A DNA stretch of 64,000 nucleotides from a virus (IMGVR_UViG_3300032227_001172:166692-230691); one strand, 5' to 3'. Shown: positions 8,892 through 17,233, counted from the stretch's first letter. The notes: generated from the sequence alone by a model not told the origin. A program made the numbers and translations.

Positions 8892-8965
8892 GGGGGTGTA
8901 GATCAATTGGTTAGATCGCTAGCTTGTCACGCTAGAGGTTGCGGGTTCGAGTCCCGTCACTCTCG
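8892..8965 (+). tRNA. tRNA-Asp(GTC)
   Basis: Cloverleaf; ctagc-TTGTCAC-gctag. Confidence 0.93.
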
Positions 8966-8972
8966 TTTGTCG

Positions 8973-9050
8973 TAAACCCTTACTGTATAAGCACTTAGGG
9001 CAAATGCGGAGGGCCGGGGTCGTCGTAAGTCCTTATGTCACAACAACTTG
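8973..9050. repeat. 78-bp double-palindrome element, copy 8
   Basis: taaaccctt-N7-aagcactta / centre ggagggcc / taagtcctt-N7-aacaacttg. Confidence 0.93.
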
Positions 9051-9130
9051 CATCAAGAATAATTTTTTGAAGTTTTTCGCTTGACTATGCCGATACTATA
9101 GTGTAGAATCGGTAGACACAGGAGAAGAAC

Positions 9131-9835
9131 ATGAAAACTGCTGATGGTAATGATAAGTTGGGTAAGGGTTGCATTGTGGTTTCGCGTCCGGTTGGCGATA
9201 CTTGCCCGCCCGATTGCGACTATCTTGGAAACGGCTGCTATGCCGAAGCTACTGAAAACCAGTATAAAAATGCTCGCACTGCCGGGTTTGCTAATGTCAT
9301 AACGGAAAAGAATAAAATCCGTGCTATGATTCTGGAAGCAAAACGTCGTGAGAAGTCTATCCGTTGGCATGAACGTGGCGATTGGTTTCTCAATGGCGAA
9401 CTTGACCTAGACTATGTTGCTAATGTAACGTGGGCTTGTGAGAGTATTCTTGCCGATGGTGATACGTTGCCCGATATGTGGTTTTATACTCATATCTATG
9501 ATTCTCGGCTTGTGAGTCTGGAAAAGTATATGAATGTATATGCTAGTGTGCATGACGATAACGATATGGGAGAAGCACTATCACAGGGTTTCAAGCTGTT
9601 CGCATGGTGTGACAGCGATATGAAGATTGCTCCGAAGCGTCCTAAGAGCAAAGCAAAAGCCGAAGCATGGCGACAAGCACTGCCGAAGCTGGTGGTTCTT
9701 AATGCCACAAAGTTTGTAGTATGTCCCGAAATTCGTCGTGGTCGTTCGGAAATCACTTGCACTGGCACTAAAGATAGTATATCATGTGACTTGTGTGTTC
9801 GTGGTTTGGCTAATGTTTTGTTTCCAGCCCATTGA
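9131..9835 (+). CDS. GP88-like protein (radical-SAM-like Cys cluster)
   Basis: TCPPDCDYLGNGCYA, IRWHERGD, WFYTH and C-terminal CxxC motifs. Confidence 0.7.
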   Translation: MKTADGNDKLGKGCIVVSRPVGDTCPPDCDYLGNGCYAEATENQYKNARTAGFANVITEKNKIRAMILEAKRREKSIRWHERGDWFLNGELDLDYVANVTWACESILADGDTLPDMWFYTHIYDSRLVSLEKYMNVYASVHDDNDMGEALSQGFKLFAWCDSDMKIAPKRPKSKAKAEAWRQALPKLVVLNATKFVVCPEIRRGRSEITCTGTKDSISCDLCVRGLANVLFPAH

Positions 9836-10410
9836 AAGGAATAAAAATGAGCTACGTTGGATTGTATGATGATGCAGGAAGTAAGAATGCTTTCTATATT
9901 ATCAAAGACAAAAAGATTAACCGTAAGCGGGTGGGTTTTAAAGAGTTTGAGAATGAGCAAGAGGCTAAGTTTGCCCATCGTGTTCAGTCTCATTTGGCTC
10001 AGTTTGATTTGGCCCCTATGGTATATGGGGATGTTGGTATGATTCGTAGGCATGATGGTGAAATGACTTGTTATGGTTATTTGACCGAAGTTGCTCGACC
10101 CATGCCAGTATGTCACGATGACGAATATTGTGATGGTGAATGTTTTGAGAGTAGTTGTAAGAATGGTATTGCTATCATGGGAATAGTATCTGATTTAGAT
10201 GAGCATGGTTTATCGTACAATGATGCTCATAGAGGAAACTTTGGTTATGTTCGACGTAAAGGGTCGTGGGTTCCGGTTGTGATTGACCTTGGGATTGAGA
10301 GTTTTAGTGACTGGGATGAAGATATTTATGGGAAGTTCGATTATGATAAGTACGACTATGATAATGAATGTAATTGTGTTTACTGCCAAAAATTTAGAGA
10401 CAGAGGATAA
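9832..10410 (+). CDS. atypical protein-kinase-like protein, paralog of 57610-58164
   Basis: GFKEF (catalytic Lys), DAHRGN catalytic loop, IDLG. Confidence 0.65.
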   Translation: MKGIKMSYVGLYDDAGSKNAFYIIKDKKINRKRVGFKEFENEQEAKFAHRVQSHLAQFDLAPMVYGDVGMIRRHDGEMTCYGYLTEVARPMPVCHDDEYCDGECFESSCKNGIAIMGIVSDLDEHGLSYNDAHRGNFGYVRRKGSWVPVVIDLGIESFSDWDEDIYGKFDYDKYDYDNECNCVYCQKFRDRG

Positions 10411-10412
10411 TT

Positions 10413-10643
10413 ATGGCAAAGTATTATATCAAATCTGGAACACTAGAACTAATTTATTCCTGCAACAAATGTCCAAGAGATGCTGCGATGGATGCTATAT
10501 GGGAAATAAATGATTATGATACACTAGATGAGTATATCTATCTTGATGAACGTGGATATAAAGACTATACAAATGCTGATGGATTAACTTGTGTGTTACA
10601 TACTACCCATATTCTAAAAGACGCCGGATGGACTTTGGAATGA
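10413..10643 (+). CDS. hypothetical protein
   Basis: ORF with gagga RBS. Confidence 0.65.
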   Translation: MAKYYIKSGTLELIYSCNKCPRDAAMDAIWEINDYDTLDEYIYLDERGYKDYTNADGLTCVLHTTHILKDAGWTLE

Positions 10644-10652
10644 AGCTAACCG

Positions 10653-10730
10653 CAAACCCTTACTGCGTAAGCACTTAGGGCGAGCGGGGCCGCCCGGCTT
10701 TGACGTAAGTCCTTAGCCCACAACACTTTA
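10653..10730. repeat. 78-bp double-palindrome element, copy 9
   Basis: caaaccctt-N7-aagcactta / centre ggccgccc / taagtcctt-N7-aacacttta. Confidence 0.93.
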
Positions 10731-10768
10731 GAGCAAATCCAAAAATCTTCTAAAGTTTCTACGCCGGA

Positions 10769-11182
10769 TTGGTCGATAATATAGGTATGAGAACGACACG
10801 CATATCAACGAGGGGTGAGAGGATGATCCAGTGGGTTGGAATTGTGATTACGATTTTGGGTCTGGCGTATACGGGAATCAAAGATTATCAAAAAGGTGAT
10901 ATAAAATTCCCTCCTATGCCTCAGAAACCGGTCTTGACAAAGGTAGTTTATCCGGTACAATACTGTCTGATGGCTTACGACCCTAATGTTGACAAAGTTT
11001 TTTACCTACACGAAAATGGACAATGGCATGATTACGCTCCACAACAACGACGATATGAGGCCCAAACGCAACCATATCAAGCTCAAGGTTCGACCGCAGT
11101 GGCAGGTTCCTACGGGTCACAAGGAACACCGGCATACCGTTATGGACAATCGCCCCAAGCGTCAACGAACCCGATCCGCTGA
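10769..11182 (+). CDS. membrane-anchored hypothetical protein (likely start at MIQWVG)
   Basis: N-terminal hydrophobic helix; gagagg RBS. Confidence 0.55.
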   Translation: MVDNIGMRTTRISTRGERMIQWVGIVITILGLAYTGIKDYQKGDIKFPPMPQKPVLTKVVYPVQYCLMAYDPNVDKVFYLHENGQWHDYAPQQRRYEAQTQPYQAQGSTAVAGSYGSQGTPAYRYGQSPQASTNPIR

Positions 11183-11216
11183 AAATCGCAGGGCTTGCGA
11201 GAATGGGGACTATTGA
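11055..11216 (+). CDS. small basic protein, paralog of 2096-2266
   Basis: VRPQWQVPTGH...DNRPKRQRTR aligns with VRPVWELGKGH...DNRPKKLRTR. Confidence 0.7.
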   Translation: MRPKRNHIKLKVRPQWQVPTGHKEHRHTVMDNRPKRQRTRSAENRRACENGDY

Positions 11217-11232
11217 CTATAATACTTTGATT

Positions 11233-11305
11233 GCCGCTGTAGCTCAATTGGCAGAGCAACGCTTTTGTAAAGCGTAGGTTATCCGTTCGATTCGGATGAG
11301 CGGCT
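11233..11305 (+). tRNA. tRNA-Thr(TGT)
   Basis: acgct-TTTGTAA-agcgt; T arm present. Confidence 0.9.
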
Positions 11306-11306
11306 C

Positions 11307-11377
11307 TCCGGGATAGTGTAACGGTAGCACCAGAGATTTTGGTTCTCTTTGTCTGGGTTCGAATCCTAGTCCCGGAA
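11307..11377 (+). tRNA. tRNA-Gln(TTG)
   Basis: agaga-TTTTGGT-tctct; acceptor tccggga/tcccgga. Confidence 0.92.
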
Positions 11378-11387
11378 TTGTAAATAT

Positions 11388-11459
11388 TGTCCGATAGCTC
11401 AACGGTAGAGTAGGCGGCTGTTAACCGCTTGGTTCTAGGTTCGAATCCTAGTCGGACAG
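11388..11459 (+). tRNA. tRNA-Asn(GTT)
   Basis: ggcgg-CTGTTAA-ccgct. Confidence 0.92.
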
Positions 11460-11462
11460 CTT

Positions 11463-11549
11463 GGAATCTTGGCCGAGTGGTTTAAGGCAGCGGTTTACTA
11501 AACCGTCGAGGGTTAAAATCCTCCGTGGGTTCGAATCCCTCAGATTCCG
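11463..11549 (+). tRNA. tRNA-Ser with unusual ACT anticodon
   Basis: gcggt-TTACTAA-accgt, long variable arm, G discriminator. Confidence 0.88.
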
Positions 11550-11600
11550 CTAAAGATTCTCTTGACAACAGACGATAACTATGGTATCATCGAACAACAC

Positions 11601-11676
11601 GGGGCGTAAGGTAAGCCGGTTGCATCCGACACTCTTATAAGGTGTTCATAGGTCTGTTCGACTCAGACACGCCCTA
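11601..11676 (+). tRNA. tRNA-Ile(TAT)
   Basis: acact-CTTATAA-ggtgt; T arm gtctg-TTCGACT-cagac; atypical D arm. Confidence 0.8.
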
Positions 11677-11707
11677 TTCGGAGGCTGACGATTGAGTTAC
11701 GATGGCT

Positions 11708-11779
11708 GGCCCTATAGTCTAACGGCTAGGACGACAGCCTTTCACGCTGTAGATTGGAGTTCGATTCTCCATAGGGTCA
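11708..11779 (+). tRNA. tRNA-Glu(TTC)
   Basis: acagc-CTTTCAC-gctgt. Confidence 0.92.
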
Positions 11780-11818
11780 CTTGACAACAAAGGAAAGTTC
11801 CGGTATACTGTAAAACAC

Positions 11819-11891
11819 GGGTCATTAGCTCAGTTGGTAGAGCAAGGAGCTTTTAACTCTTTGGCCGTAGGTTCGAGTCCTACATGACCCA
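11819..11891 (+). tRNA. tRNA-Lys(TTT)
   Basis: aggag-CTTTTAA-ctctt. Confidence 0.93.
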
Positions 11892-12124
11892 CTTGACAGT
11901 TTTGGTTGCTAGATATAGACGAGATAAGAAAGGGAGTAAAATATGAGATATGAAGATTACTATGATGGCTACAACTATAACTATGACGAACTAGTAGAAG
12001 ATACTGAAGATCTTGGTCTGGATGAAGAACCTTGGATGCAAGATGCCGAGAACGAAGATGATGAAGTTCCGTCCTATGGTAAAAATTACTATCCTTGTAT
12101 TGACGACGAAAACGAATAATTTTT

Positions 12125-12206
12125 GTGTGTGCTTCTAGGTGGGACTAGAACCTAATATATTATCTTTTCATGTAACGGGTTGTTGGTTCAAATCCAACCA
12201 CACACT
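12125..12206 (+). ncRNA. tRNA-like element (intact acceptor and T arm, no anticodon arm)
   Basis: gtgtgtg/cacacac stem; gttgg-TTCAAAT-ccaac; ttctag/ctagaa hairpin at D position. Confidence 0.6.
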
Positions 12207-12208
12207 TT

Positions 12209-12712
12209 ATGAATACTTTTCAGCAAGAGCTTGATGATTTCCGGCGTACTCCAGACGGTAAAATCATTCAAGGTGCTGCTCATACTAGCCGGATATTAAA
12301 TCACAAATATAGAAATAGTGTGATTATCAAGGCTATCTGTTCTCTGCGTAAGATTGAGAATGATTTTGATAGTATTGCTTGTTGTGGCGTAAGTGGTTTG
12401 ATGGTAGTACCACAGATTGCAGAGATTCTGAATAAGAATATTATTATCGTTCGTAAAGGAGAACGAAGGTACAGCGAATTCTTTATCGAAGGCGTTGCTC
12501 CATCTAGTTATGTGATTGTAGACGATTTGATTTGTTCGGGCGGAACGGTTAAGCGAATTATGAGTAATATTCATGATGATGTTCCGAAAGCAAAATGTAT
12601 TGGTGCATATTTCTATATGGGTGAGGAGTGTGCCTACAATGCTTCAAATTCTAAACTTTTTGAGAAGCAGTTTGGGACAGTTCTTCTAAATCCTTACCAG
12701 CTAACGACTTAG
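12209..12712 (+). CDS. type I phosphoribosyltransferase
   Basis: PRPP-binding loop VIVDDLICSGGT. Confidence 0.85.
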   Translation: MNTFQQELDDFRRTPDGKIIQGAAHTSRILNHKYRNSVIIKAICSLRKIENDFDSIACCGVSGLMVVPQIAEILNKNIIIVRKGERRYSEFFIEGVAPSSYVIVDDLICSGGTVKRIMSNIHDDVPKAKCIGAYFYMGEECAYNASNSKLFEKQFGTVLLNPYQLTT

Positions 12713-12764
12713 GGCGAGGCCGGCCGGCCCCGGTCGCCATAAGTCCTTATCTGACAACCACTTA
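12687..12764. repeat. 78-bp double-palindrome element, copy 10
   Basis: taaatcctt-N7-aacgactta / centre ggccggcc / taagtcctt-N7-aaccactta; overlaps PRTase 3' end. Confidence 0.93.
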
Positions 12765-12864
12765 GGATTAGTATTTTTTTTCAAGATACCCCCTTGACAT
12801 AGCCGATACTAGAGTGTAGAATCGAAAGACGTAACGAAGGTTCAGTAACACGAAAGGATAGATT

Positions 12865-13812
12865 ATGCCTGCTATGGTTGAAAAGATGATGTTCGTTGGT
12901 GCCACCCCTTGGCATGGTGAAGGTACACAGTTGGATGAAAATCCGTCGATCAGCGAAGCGATTACCGCTGCTGGTCTGGATTGGGAGGTTGGTACTAAAC
13001 CACTCTTTACGGCTGAAGGTACGGAGGTCAATGCAAAAGCGACCTATCGTAAAACCGACAGTCGTGTTCTGGGTGTGGTTGGTCCGCGTTATACTCCGCT
13101 CCAGAATCAAGATGCGTTCGATTGGTTCCAGCCATTTCTCGACGCAGGTGAGTGCCAACTGCACACTGCCGGTTCGCTCAGTGAGGGCGAGAAGGTTTGG
13201 GTGCTGGCTCAACTCAATCGTGACAACTGCGAGATCGTAAAGAACGACGAGGTGAGCAAGTTTATCCTGCTTTCCAACAGCCATGATGGCACAACGTCGA
13301 TTCGTGTTGGCTATACGCCGATTCGGGTCGTGTGTGTGAATACTCTTGCGGCTGCTCATAACAGCAAAGAGAGTTCGCTCATTCGGATTCGCCATACCCG
13401 CTCCAGCAAGACGAATCTCGACAATGTTCGTGATATCATGGATAATATCAATGCTCAGTTTGAAGCGACTGCGGAGCAGTATAGGTTTCTCGCTAGTCGA
13501 GACTTCAACCAGAATGACGTTCGCAAGTACGTCAAGGTTCTGCTGGGAATCGATAAGACTCCAGACGAGGATATCAAAACTCGTACTCGAAATATCATGG
13601 ACGAGATTTTGACTCTCGTTGAAGGTCCGAAACAGTCTGCTGTTGGCGTTCGTGGAACGTGGTGGGCTGCCTACAACGGCTTCAATGAATATCTGAACTA
13701 CAGCAAGGGTCGCACGGTGAGCAACCGACTCGACTCTCTCTGGTTCGGACAAAACGGAGTCGATAATCTCAAGGCACTCAATACCGCAGTTGAGTTTGCC
13801 AACGCTATCTAG
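12865..13812 (+). CDS. DUF932 family phage/plasmid protein
   Basis: PWHGEG, LDWEV, YTPLQN, LLSNSHDG, TPIRVVCVNTL, GTWWAAYNGFNEY motifs. Confidence 0.88.
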   Translation: MPAMVEKMMFVGATPWHGEGTQLDENPSISEAITAAGLDWEVGTKPLFTAEGTEVNAKATYRKTDSRVLGVVGPRYTPLQNQDAFDWFQPFLDAGECQLHTAGSLSEGEKVWVLAQLNRDNCEIVKNDEVSKFILLSNSHDGTTSIRVGYTPIRVVCVNTLAAAHNSKESSLIRIRHTRSSKTNLDNVRDIMDNINAQFEATAEQYRFLASRDFNQNDVRKYVKVLLGIDKTPDEDIKTRTRNIMDEILTLVEGPKQSAVGVRGTWWAAYNGFNEYLNYSKGRTVSNRLDSLWFGQNGVDNLKALNTAVEFANAI

Positions 13813-13840
13813 TCGCTCTCCTTTCGTGGTGCGTGGCAGG

Positions 13841-13880
13841 GGAAGCCGTCCCTCAGAAATGGGGGGCGGCTTTCTCTATT
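13841..13880 (+). terminator. rho-independent terminator
   Basis: aagccgtccctca-GAAA-tggggggcggcttt followed by pyrimidine-rich run. Confidence 0.75.
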
Positions 13881-13900
13881 TCTAAATATAGGAAATTACC

Positions 13901-13978
13901 TAAGTGCTTGACACATAAGGACTTACGACAAACCCGGCCCGCAAACTTTGTCATAAGTTTAAGATACCAAAGGACTTA
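13901..13978. repeat. 78-bp double-palindrome element, copy 11 (last)
   Basis: taagtgctt-N7-aaggactta / centre ggcccgca / taagtttaa-N7-aaggactta. Confidence 0.9.
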
Positions 13979-14506
13979 CGAACAAAAGGTAATGGACAGA
14001 CGGGAGGATAGACGATATACTGTATGTAAGTGCAATGGTGGCAATGGGTTAGGTTAAAATAGTAATAGAAAAGTAAAAATCTAATGATTATTGTATCGGC
14101 TAAAGTAGCCGGTTTGCTGGTCATGCTGATAGTCAGCCAGTAATTAGACCAACTAATGTGATGTAACTCTATGATTCTCAACACCTTGCGTCAAATAGTA
14201 ACAAGTGGTATACTATGGTTGTCGGCCACCAGAAGTATAGATTATACTATGATGATAATATGTCTCAACATAAGATATTATCATAGTCCCACCTAATCCT
14301 CTGGATTTGAGGTCGTGGAGATAGTCAGCAAAAATATGCCATCACTTGAGTTGTGCAGGGAAAAATGAGAATTAATGTAGAGATAAATAGTTCTGAGAAT
14401 TTTGACTATGAATATTTTATTGACTGGCTCAACGATCAGCTTAGTGACAGTTCTATGTGTGGTATGGATTCTTATGCTAGTATTGTAAAAATTATGGAGA
14501 CTGAAG

Positions 14507-14701
14507 ATGATAACCAAAGTCAACGATAGTAATCGGGCTGATATTACCAGTGTCTATTGTCATCGTTTGTTGGATGATATGGACTTTGATACTCTTTACA
14601 ATTTTGCTTATCAAATGCTGGTTGATAATAAGAGTGGGTTGACTAATCAGATGTTGGCAGAACAGATTGTTGACTACTATCCTGACCTACTGGATAACTA
14701 A
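14507..14701 (+). CDS. hypothetical protein, paralog of 14836-15024
   Basis: Shared DMD..LY..AY...VD.K...YYP.LLD. Confidence 0.7.
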   Translation: MITKVNDSNRADITSVYCHRLLDDMDFDTLYNFAYQMLVDNKSGLTNQMLAEQIVDYYPDLLDN

Positions 14702-14835
14702 ATTAGTGTATTATAATACGTCCTTAAGGGGGATGTATTATGATATTCTTGCAAAGTCCAAGAAACTTCTGGTATATAACTATACTATTCTTGTGGATTA
14801 CTTTTCTCTTTATGTATGCCTAATTCTGAAATAAT

Positions 14836-15024
14836 ATGACTAAAATTACTCAGGACAACAAGAATAAAATTATAGAGCATTATGTTGCTAATATACTTAG
14901 TGACATGGATAATAATTCTCTTTATGCTCTGGCCTATGATTATGTTGTAGATACTAAAATTTCTATGACTCTTGAGAGTCTTGAAAAAGAGATACTACAA
15001 TATTATCCTCATCTTCTGGATTAG
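14836..15024 (+). CDS. hypothetical protein, paralog of 14507-14701
   Basis: Shared motif with 14507-14701. Confidence 0.7.
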   Translation: MTKITQDNKNKIIEHYVANILSDMDNNSLYALAYDYVVDTKISMTLESLEKEILQYYPHLLD

Positions 15025-15813
15025 TTTGACGTACCCAAGTGGTTTTGACTGAACACAACCTCTTGTCATTGCCGATGTTACAGCTATGTGGTACAATGGA
15101 CAGTGTGAGCCGGGCTAGTAGCCCACAATGTTATAATAACTTGAACCAAAGGAATGTCAATGCCTATCATTCTGATCCTGTTGGTATTTTTCCTGATTGA
15201 CTAAGAAAGTGTATAACTAAGAGTATAGATTACTAAGTATTATTCATCCCTGGTCCTGCATAATATATAACACTTTCCAAAGTATGTGTCAAGGTGCGAG
15301 TGACCCTTATTATGAATTCTAAACATTTTGTATAACAAAACTCTTTATTGCAAAAGCGCGTACAACCGTCTGATTTAATTACAACCAGTAGAGAGGCTAG
15401 GGTTTAAAAATGAAACCGCAGAAACAAAGTATGGAACCAATGGTGGACGTTTGCGATCTTCTATGGAAGCAAATTGACAAGCCATCGAATCTGGAGATGT
15501 GCAAAGCTATTAATGTTTACGATAATAGATATCGTATTAATATTTATACTCGTAAATATGATCAAGAGTTTGATATTGAAAGAGTAAGAATTACTCAGAG
15601 TTATTTTGCTCAATTGGATGGTCAAGATCTAATTATTAAAGCATAATTACTCCGCGCCATGCCGGTGGCGTTTTATAGTTATTCAACTATAATAAAACTA
15701 TTCATGCAAATATAGCATAAGAATAGTACCGGCATTTTTTATTTATATTTTTTTGTAACACCTAATATAACAAGATTGCCCAAGATGCTCACAGTCAGCT
15801 AAAAAGTGTCAAC

Positions 15814-16314
15814 TTGCATAGTCTGGCCGATTTTCTATTATATGAGTACCAAGAGTCATGCTGGGCTAGTATGATACGAGGATTCAATATAATGACAAAA
15901 ATAGATATCAATTCTTTTCAGATCAATCATTCATCTTCAGTGGATGATAATAGTTCTGAAATTTATTATACAGGAATTAAAGATAGCGAGTTTATGGATG
16001 AGAATAATTTTCCACGATCATCCATAGAGAATGACAAAGTATTAGCTAAAGCTATCAAAAATAAGAAGTCTAAAAATATTAGTAGTAGTAATATAGGATA
16101 TGGTTATTATTTACGAATATTACCTAGTAAAACTTTAATTGATAGCCGCAAACTGTACAAGGTTCAAGATAAAGAATATTCTCATATTGATTTTGTGTGT
16201 CGTTCGGATAAAGAGTTTCTAGAAGTTTCTCATGATACTTTTCAAAAGTATATTAACTTTCTAAAAACTGAAAATATTCAATGGCTTAACAAAGCTCAAC
16301 AGGATATTAAGTAA
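15814..16314 (+). CDS. hypothetical protein
   Basis: ORF track; likely start at MTKIDIN. Confidence 0.6.
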   Translation: MHSLADFLLYEYQESCWASMIRGFNIMTKIDINSFQINHSSSVDDNSSEIYYTGIKDSEFMDENNFPRSSIENDKVLAKAIKNKKSKNISSSNIGYGYYLRILPSKTLIDSRKLYKVQDKEYSHIDFVCRSDKEFLEVSHDTFQKYINFLKTENIQWLNKAQQDIK

Positions 16315-16412
16315 ATACTTGTTGGTCGTACCAGCAAGCTTATGATAGTGGACAACCAAAAATGGTTATGTGGTCGAAGGATCGACAATAATTTTTAACT
16401 CTTAATTAGGAG

Positions 16413-16631
16413 ATGATAATGAAGTATTTACTAATGATCGCTCTAGCTTGTTCCAGTAATTTTGCCTTTGCTGGAGAATGTGCTAATGGTTCATGTAGGC
16501 TACGAAGTCGAGTAGTTAATGTTACTCGTGAAGTGGTTAGTGTTCCAGTAGCAGTAACTCGTCGTACAGTTCAAGCAACACGAAATCTAGGACGAAAAAC
16601 AGTTAATGTTGTTCGTAATGTTGTTCGTTGA
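16413..16631 (+). CDS. small secreted Cys/Arg/Val-rich protein
   Basis: Signal peptide ending AFA, then GECANGSC and an R/V-rich tail. Confidence 0.7.
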   Translation: MIMKYLLMIALACSSNFAFAGECANGSCRLRSRVVNVTREVVSVPVAVTRRTVQATRNLGRKTVNVVRNVVR

Positions 16632-16658
16632 ATATTAAGTTAATAACAAACTAAGCAA

Positions 16659-16696
16659 ACCCCCGATGCCTCTTAGCAATGCACACTTTCGGGGGT
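16659..16696 (+). repeat. 38-nt structured motif, copy 1 of 2
   Basis: acccccga-tgc-ctcttagcaat-gca-cactt-tcgggggt; near-identical copy at 45803. Confidence 0.8.
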
Positions 16697-16740
16697 ATTG
16701 TTTGGAATAATAGGATTATATTTTATCAAGGAGGATAATT

Positions 16741-17082
16741 ATGAGAATTACAGTATTAGCTATATTAATGATTTTAACCATGTCTCCAATTTATGCCAAG
16801 CCCCGCTACTATTATAGTCAGCCAAATGTTGTGACCCAAAGTTATACTAGTCACAAAGTTTCTGGGTCTGATCAGGATCGTTGTCAAGCAGAAGCTAATC
16901 ATATGGCAGCTAATAATATAACTAGTCATGTGTGGGGTGTTATTGGCAACTTTGAAGGTGTAGGTTATGGTTCGTCTCCCAATTGTAACACTTGTACTCC
17001 AAGTAACAATATGAGTCTAACCGGAGATGCTTCAGCACAAGGTCGAAATGGTATGTGGTATAGAGTAAGGTCGTGGAGGTAA
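16741..17082 (+). CDS. secreted protein, possibly minimal CAP-like fold
   Basis: Signal peptide; A..A..MA.....H......EGVG...WY pattern. Confidence 0.6.
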   Translation: MRITVLAILMILTMSPIYAKPRYYYSQPNVVTQSYTSHKVSGSDQDRCQAEANHMAANNITSHVWGVIGNFEGVGYGSSPNCNTCTPSNNMSLTGDASAQGRNGMWYRVRSWR

Positions 17083-17161
17083 TATGGTAATAGATACCCA
17101 TAGTATAAGCTATAGTATAGATATGTACTGTAAGTTTTTTATGGATAATCTAGATACTTTA

Positions 17162-17233
17162 GCAAGAGTAGCTCAATGGTAGAGCGTTAGGTTTCCAACC
17201 TGAATGTTGAGAGTTCGAGTCTCTTCTCTTGCT
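17162..17233 (+). tRNA. tRNA-Gly(TCC)
   Basis: ttagg-TTTCCAA-cctga; acceptor gcaagag/ctcttgc. Confidence 0.92.

Noticed and set aside
12781-13752. 323-aa minus-strand ORF and similar long antisense ORFs (9496-10116, 54524-55006, 59508-60122, 60936-61637)
   Set aside because: These are shadows of well-supported + strand genes and show no recognisable motifs.
451-13978. CRISPR array interpretation of the dispersed repeats
   Set aside because: The repeats are 78 bp, degenerate and separated by 0.7-2 kb of genes rather than 30-40 nt spacers, and no cas genes are seen.
451-13978. Classical integron or REP/terminator call for the 78-bp element
   Set aside because: There is no integrase in the window and no GTTRRRY/RYYYAAC boxes. 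The fixed 9-7-9/28/9-7-9 geometry is not explained by a terminator hairpin.
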